From Malacoraja senta (lineage: Eukaryota), in the NCBI GenBank assembly GCA_038087875.1, contig JAXLNO010000067.1, forward strand, positions 62,001 through 97,095: a stretch of DNA of 35,095 nt. The letters run 5' to 3'. This document shows, in pieces, positions 32,620 through 35,095 of this stretch. The notes beneath the pieces were generated by a model that made no database searches, was not told the DNA's origin, and saw nothing but the letters and a program-made list of their open reading frames with translations. Positions within the stretch are counted from its first letter, which is position 1, and each line of letters starts with the position of its first letter. Made by a program: the position numbers and the translations under genes.

Positions 32620-33810
32620 GTGCAGGGAAAGCACCAAAAGGCAGTACATTTCCACTTCAGCAGATGGGAAACGTTTTTGTTGGAATACACATGTTACATA
32701 CTGTACAGCATGGATAACTGACATCTTAGAGTTCATTTTCAAATGTGTCTTTGACAATAATTAAGTTACAGTGCCATTAACTGTGCCAAGGTGCCTTCTC
32801 ATCATATTTGCTGCAGCAAGTGGGACCCACACTGTCGGGTCTCACCCTCTGATATCCAGAATTATATAGGATATCTTTAACACAAGTTCTCCCAGGCCCA
32901 GTTACACGGAAGTATGGGACATTGACGTTATGTTAACATTACTTCACCAGGGGGCTCCAGTTACATCCTTATCTTTAGCCGGCTCTCATAAGGTAGTAAT
33001 GCTCATGGCACTGGCCTCAGTGCAACGGGTCCAGTCACTACATAAATTGCGACTGGACAGGATGGTTACATCTGCTAATAACATAATATTTTATGTTTTT
33101 GATTTAATCAACCAGAACTAACCAGGGGCGTTAGGTTTCAAACTAGTTTCATGGCATACCTCTGGACTTTCGGTATGGGTGGTCACATATTTACAACAAT
33201 ACGTCTAGGTCACCTAGAGCCTCAAAGGCTCCAAACTAAGCAATGTTTGTTAGTTACAAAAAACTTCATAAGAAGTATTAGTTCTACCAGCTCCAGGTGG
33301 TTAAAAAGGGGTTTTGGCTAATGCATGAGTCGATACTAATATTTTCAACACCCACTCCACCAGGGCTGCTACCACATCAGCTCCAAGGATTATGTATGTT
33401 CCTTTCTTTCTTTAAAATCTTTTCATTGTTTTTTTTCCTAAAAACAAAAACAAAAATAAAACATAAAAAACAGAGCAATACGAATAATGATAATCATAAC
33501 AATGGTATTGATACATAGGGATCAGGATTACATTAATAACAGGTATAACCTAATATGAGACCAGTGTCAAAATACACAATGAATATAGACCTCTATGTAA
33601 ATATAGTTAAATCTTTAAAAGGAAACTTATAAATGTTAAAAAAAAAGGCAAAGATAAAAAGACAAAAGAAAAAGAAAAAACAAAACCCCCCTAAACCAGG
33701 GATTCGGGGCACCCAAATATCCACCTGGTGTGTGCTGGAAACAAGGCAAGCCCATATGATGGTATGAGCTGCCTGCAAATTCTATGCGAAGCCTTTCATA
33801 TCAAGTGTGT
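32620..33810 (+). pseudogene. DIRS tyrosine recombinase, decayed and interrupted
   Basis: VGSHPLISR, WDIDVML, KVVMLMALASVQRVQSL, RWLKRVL, HSTRAA (33353); possible KFYAKP after the L1 insert. Confidence 0.82.
33403..33697 (-). mobile_element. Probable L1 3'UTR fragment with (GAAA)-type tail
   Basis: T-rich sense strand ending CAATGAAAAAGATTTTAAAGAAAGAAA; interrupts the YR right after HSTRAATTSAPRIMYVP. Confidence 0.55.
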
Positions 33811-33988
33811 AGCCTACCCTTATCTGACTCGCAGAGGAGTTTGCAAATGCCAATGCATTAGTTATGCATTGCTTTCTTGCTAAAGAGAAGGAGAGAATTT
33901 CATATACCTCTGATCCAAGTGACACAACACGGCTCTTCAACCCATTTCCTTGAAATTAACCAGAGGATGAGAGGTGAAATCCACTGTG

Positions 33989-34157
33989 ATGTGTAGGAAG
34001 GAACTGCAGGTACTGGTTTACACCGAAGAGAGACAAAAAAATGCAGGAGTAACTTAGCAGGACAGGAGGCTTCTCTGTACAGAAGGAACGGTGTCGTTTT
34101 GGGTCGAGACCCTTCTTCAGACTGAGAGTCAGGGGAGAAGGAGACACAGAGATAAGA
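33989..34157 (-). mobile_element. Penelope-like pseudo-LTR with degenerate hammerhead motif (34093-34120)
   Basis: Reverse complement reads CTGAAGAAGGGTCTCGACCCAAAACGAC...; homologous to 28540-28632. Confidence 0.8.
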
Positions 34158-34226
34158 ACTTGTGCCTGCAACAGATGATGAAAATTCATTGATCAACCAT
34201 TCAGGAAACCTAAATCCTTAATTACA

Positions 34227-34925
34227 TGGATGGCTGGCTGGATGGATGGATGGATCCCTCCCTCCCTCCCTCCCTCCCTCCCTCCCTCCCTCCCTCCCTC
34301 CCCTCCTCCTCCCACCTCCCTCCCTCCCCTCCCTCCTCCCTCCCTCCCTCCCTCCCTCCCTCCCTCCCTCCCTCCCTCCCTCCCTCCCTCCCTCCTCCTC
34401 CCTCCCTCCCTCCCTCCCTCCCTCCTCCCTCCCACCCTCCCTCCCTCCTCCCTCCCTCCCTCCCTCCCTCCCTCCCTCCCTCCCTCCCTCCCTCCCTCCC
34501 TCCTCCCTCCCTCCCTCCCTCCCTCCCTCCCTCCTCCCCTCCTCCCTCCCTCCCTCCCTCCCTCCCTCCCTCCCTCCCTCCCTCCCTCCCTCCCCTCCCC
34601 CCTCCCCTCCCTCCCTCCCTCCCTCCCTCCCTCCCTCCCTCCCTCCCCTCCCTCCCTCCCTCCCTCCCTCCCTCCTCCTCCTCCCTCCCTCCCTCCCTCC
34701 CTCCCTCCCTCCCTCCCTCCCTCCCTCCCTCCCTCTCTCCTCTCTCCCTCTCTCCCTCTCTCCCTCTCTCCCTCTCTCCCCTCTCCTCTCTCCCTCTCCC
34801 TCTCTCCCTCTCTCCCTCCCTCTCTCCCTCTCCCTCCCTCTCTCCCTCTCTCCCTCCCTCCCTCCCTCCCTCCCTCCCTCCCTCCCTCCCTCCCTCCCTC
34901 CGTCCTCCCTCCCTCCCTCCCTCCC
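34227..34925. repeat. (GGAT/GGCT)n followed by a ~670-bp (CCCT)n/(CT)n polypyrimidine tract
   Basis: Directly visible; almost purine-free on + from 34255. Confidence 0.98.
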
Positions 34926-35095
34926 TAAAACTCTCATCTTATCCTCTTCCGTTTTTTTTACATTTGCGCATAAACGGTACCCGATAATGCTACGATTTTT
35001 CGCCAACCTACTCGCCATTCTCCTGTGCTGCAAGTGCACCAAGTTTTGTTCCAATCAGTGGATTTTTACAATGTTATTGAGGTTTTTGATTTTTC

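Larger units (their letters stand above)
29233..33810 (+). mobile_element. DIRS1-type retrotransposon C; left end present, right end not seen
   Basis: Left end ATTTTACTTCAAGTCACGTGAATGACTATGTGAAG is homologous to 6778; RT, RH, MT and YR relics lie in DIRS order. Confidence 0.87.

Noticed and set aside
34193..35054. Long ORFs of 232-278 aa (GGRE / PPSL repeats)
   Set aside because: Translations of the (CCCT)n microsatellite.

Overview
Eukaryotic, almost entirely transposon-derived DNA. The repeat set (HE1-like V-SINEs, esterase-ORF1 CR1 LINEs, Penelope pseudo-LTRs) suggests a cartilaginous fish, probably a skate or ray; this is inferred from recognition only. I recognised no host gene exon. 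From left to right: (1) a near full-length L1 LINE whose whole 5' half (5'UTR-ORF1-endonuclease) is inverted relative to its 3' half, with a 13-bp overlap, as expected from twin priming; (2) three DIRS1-type tyrosine-recombinase retrotransposons: a 3' end at ~6.0-6.6 kb, a complete but decayed copy with ITR/ICR at 6778-11661, and a third from 29233 with RT/RNase H/methyltransferase/YR remnants; (3) a nest of CR1, L2, Rex1, Gypsy and SINE fragments containing a ~320-bp inverted duplication; (4) an 864-bp internally deleted HERO/R2-like element with terminal redundancy and strongly structured UTRs; (5) a 539-bp solo LTR; (6) a long fold-back hairpin next to a Penelope hammerhead-like motif; (7) a Penelope fragment split by a Harbinger-type TIR element carrying ~1.3 kb of foreign DNA; (8) a ~700-bp (CCCT)n tract. 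Family names come from motif recognition, not database searches, and fragment boundaries are approximate unless a TSD or terminus is quoted.
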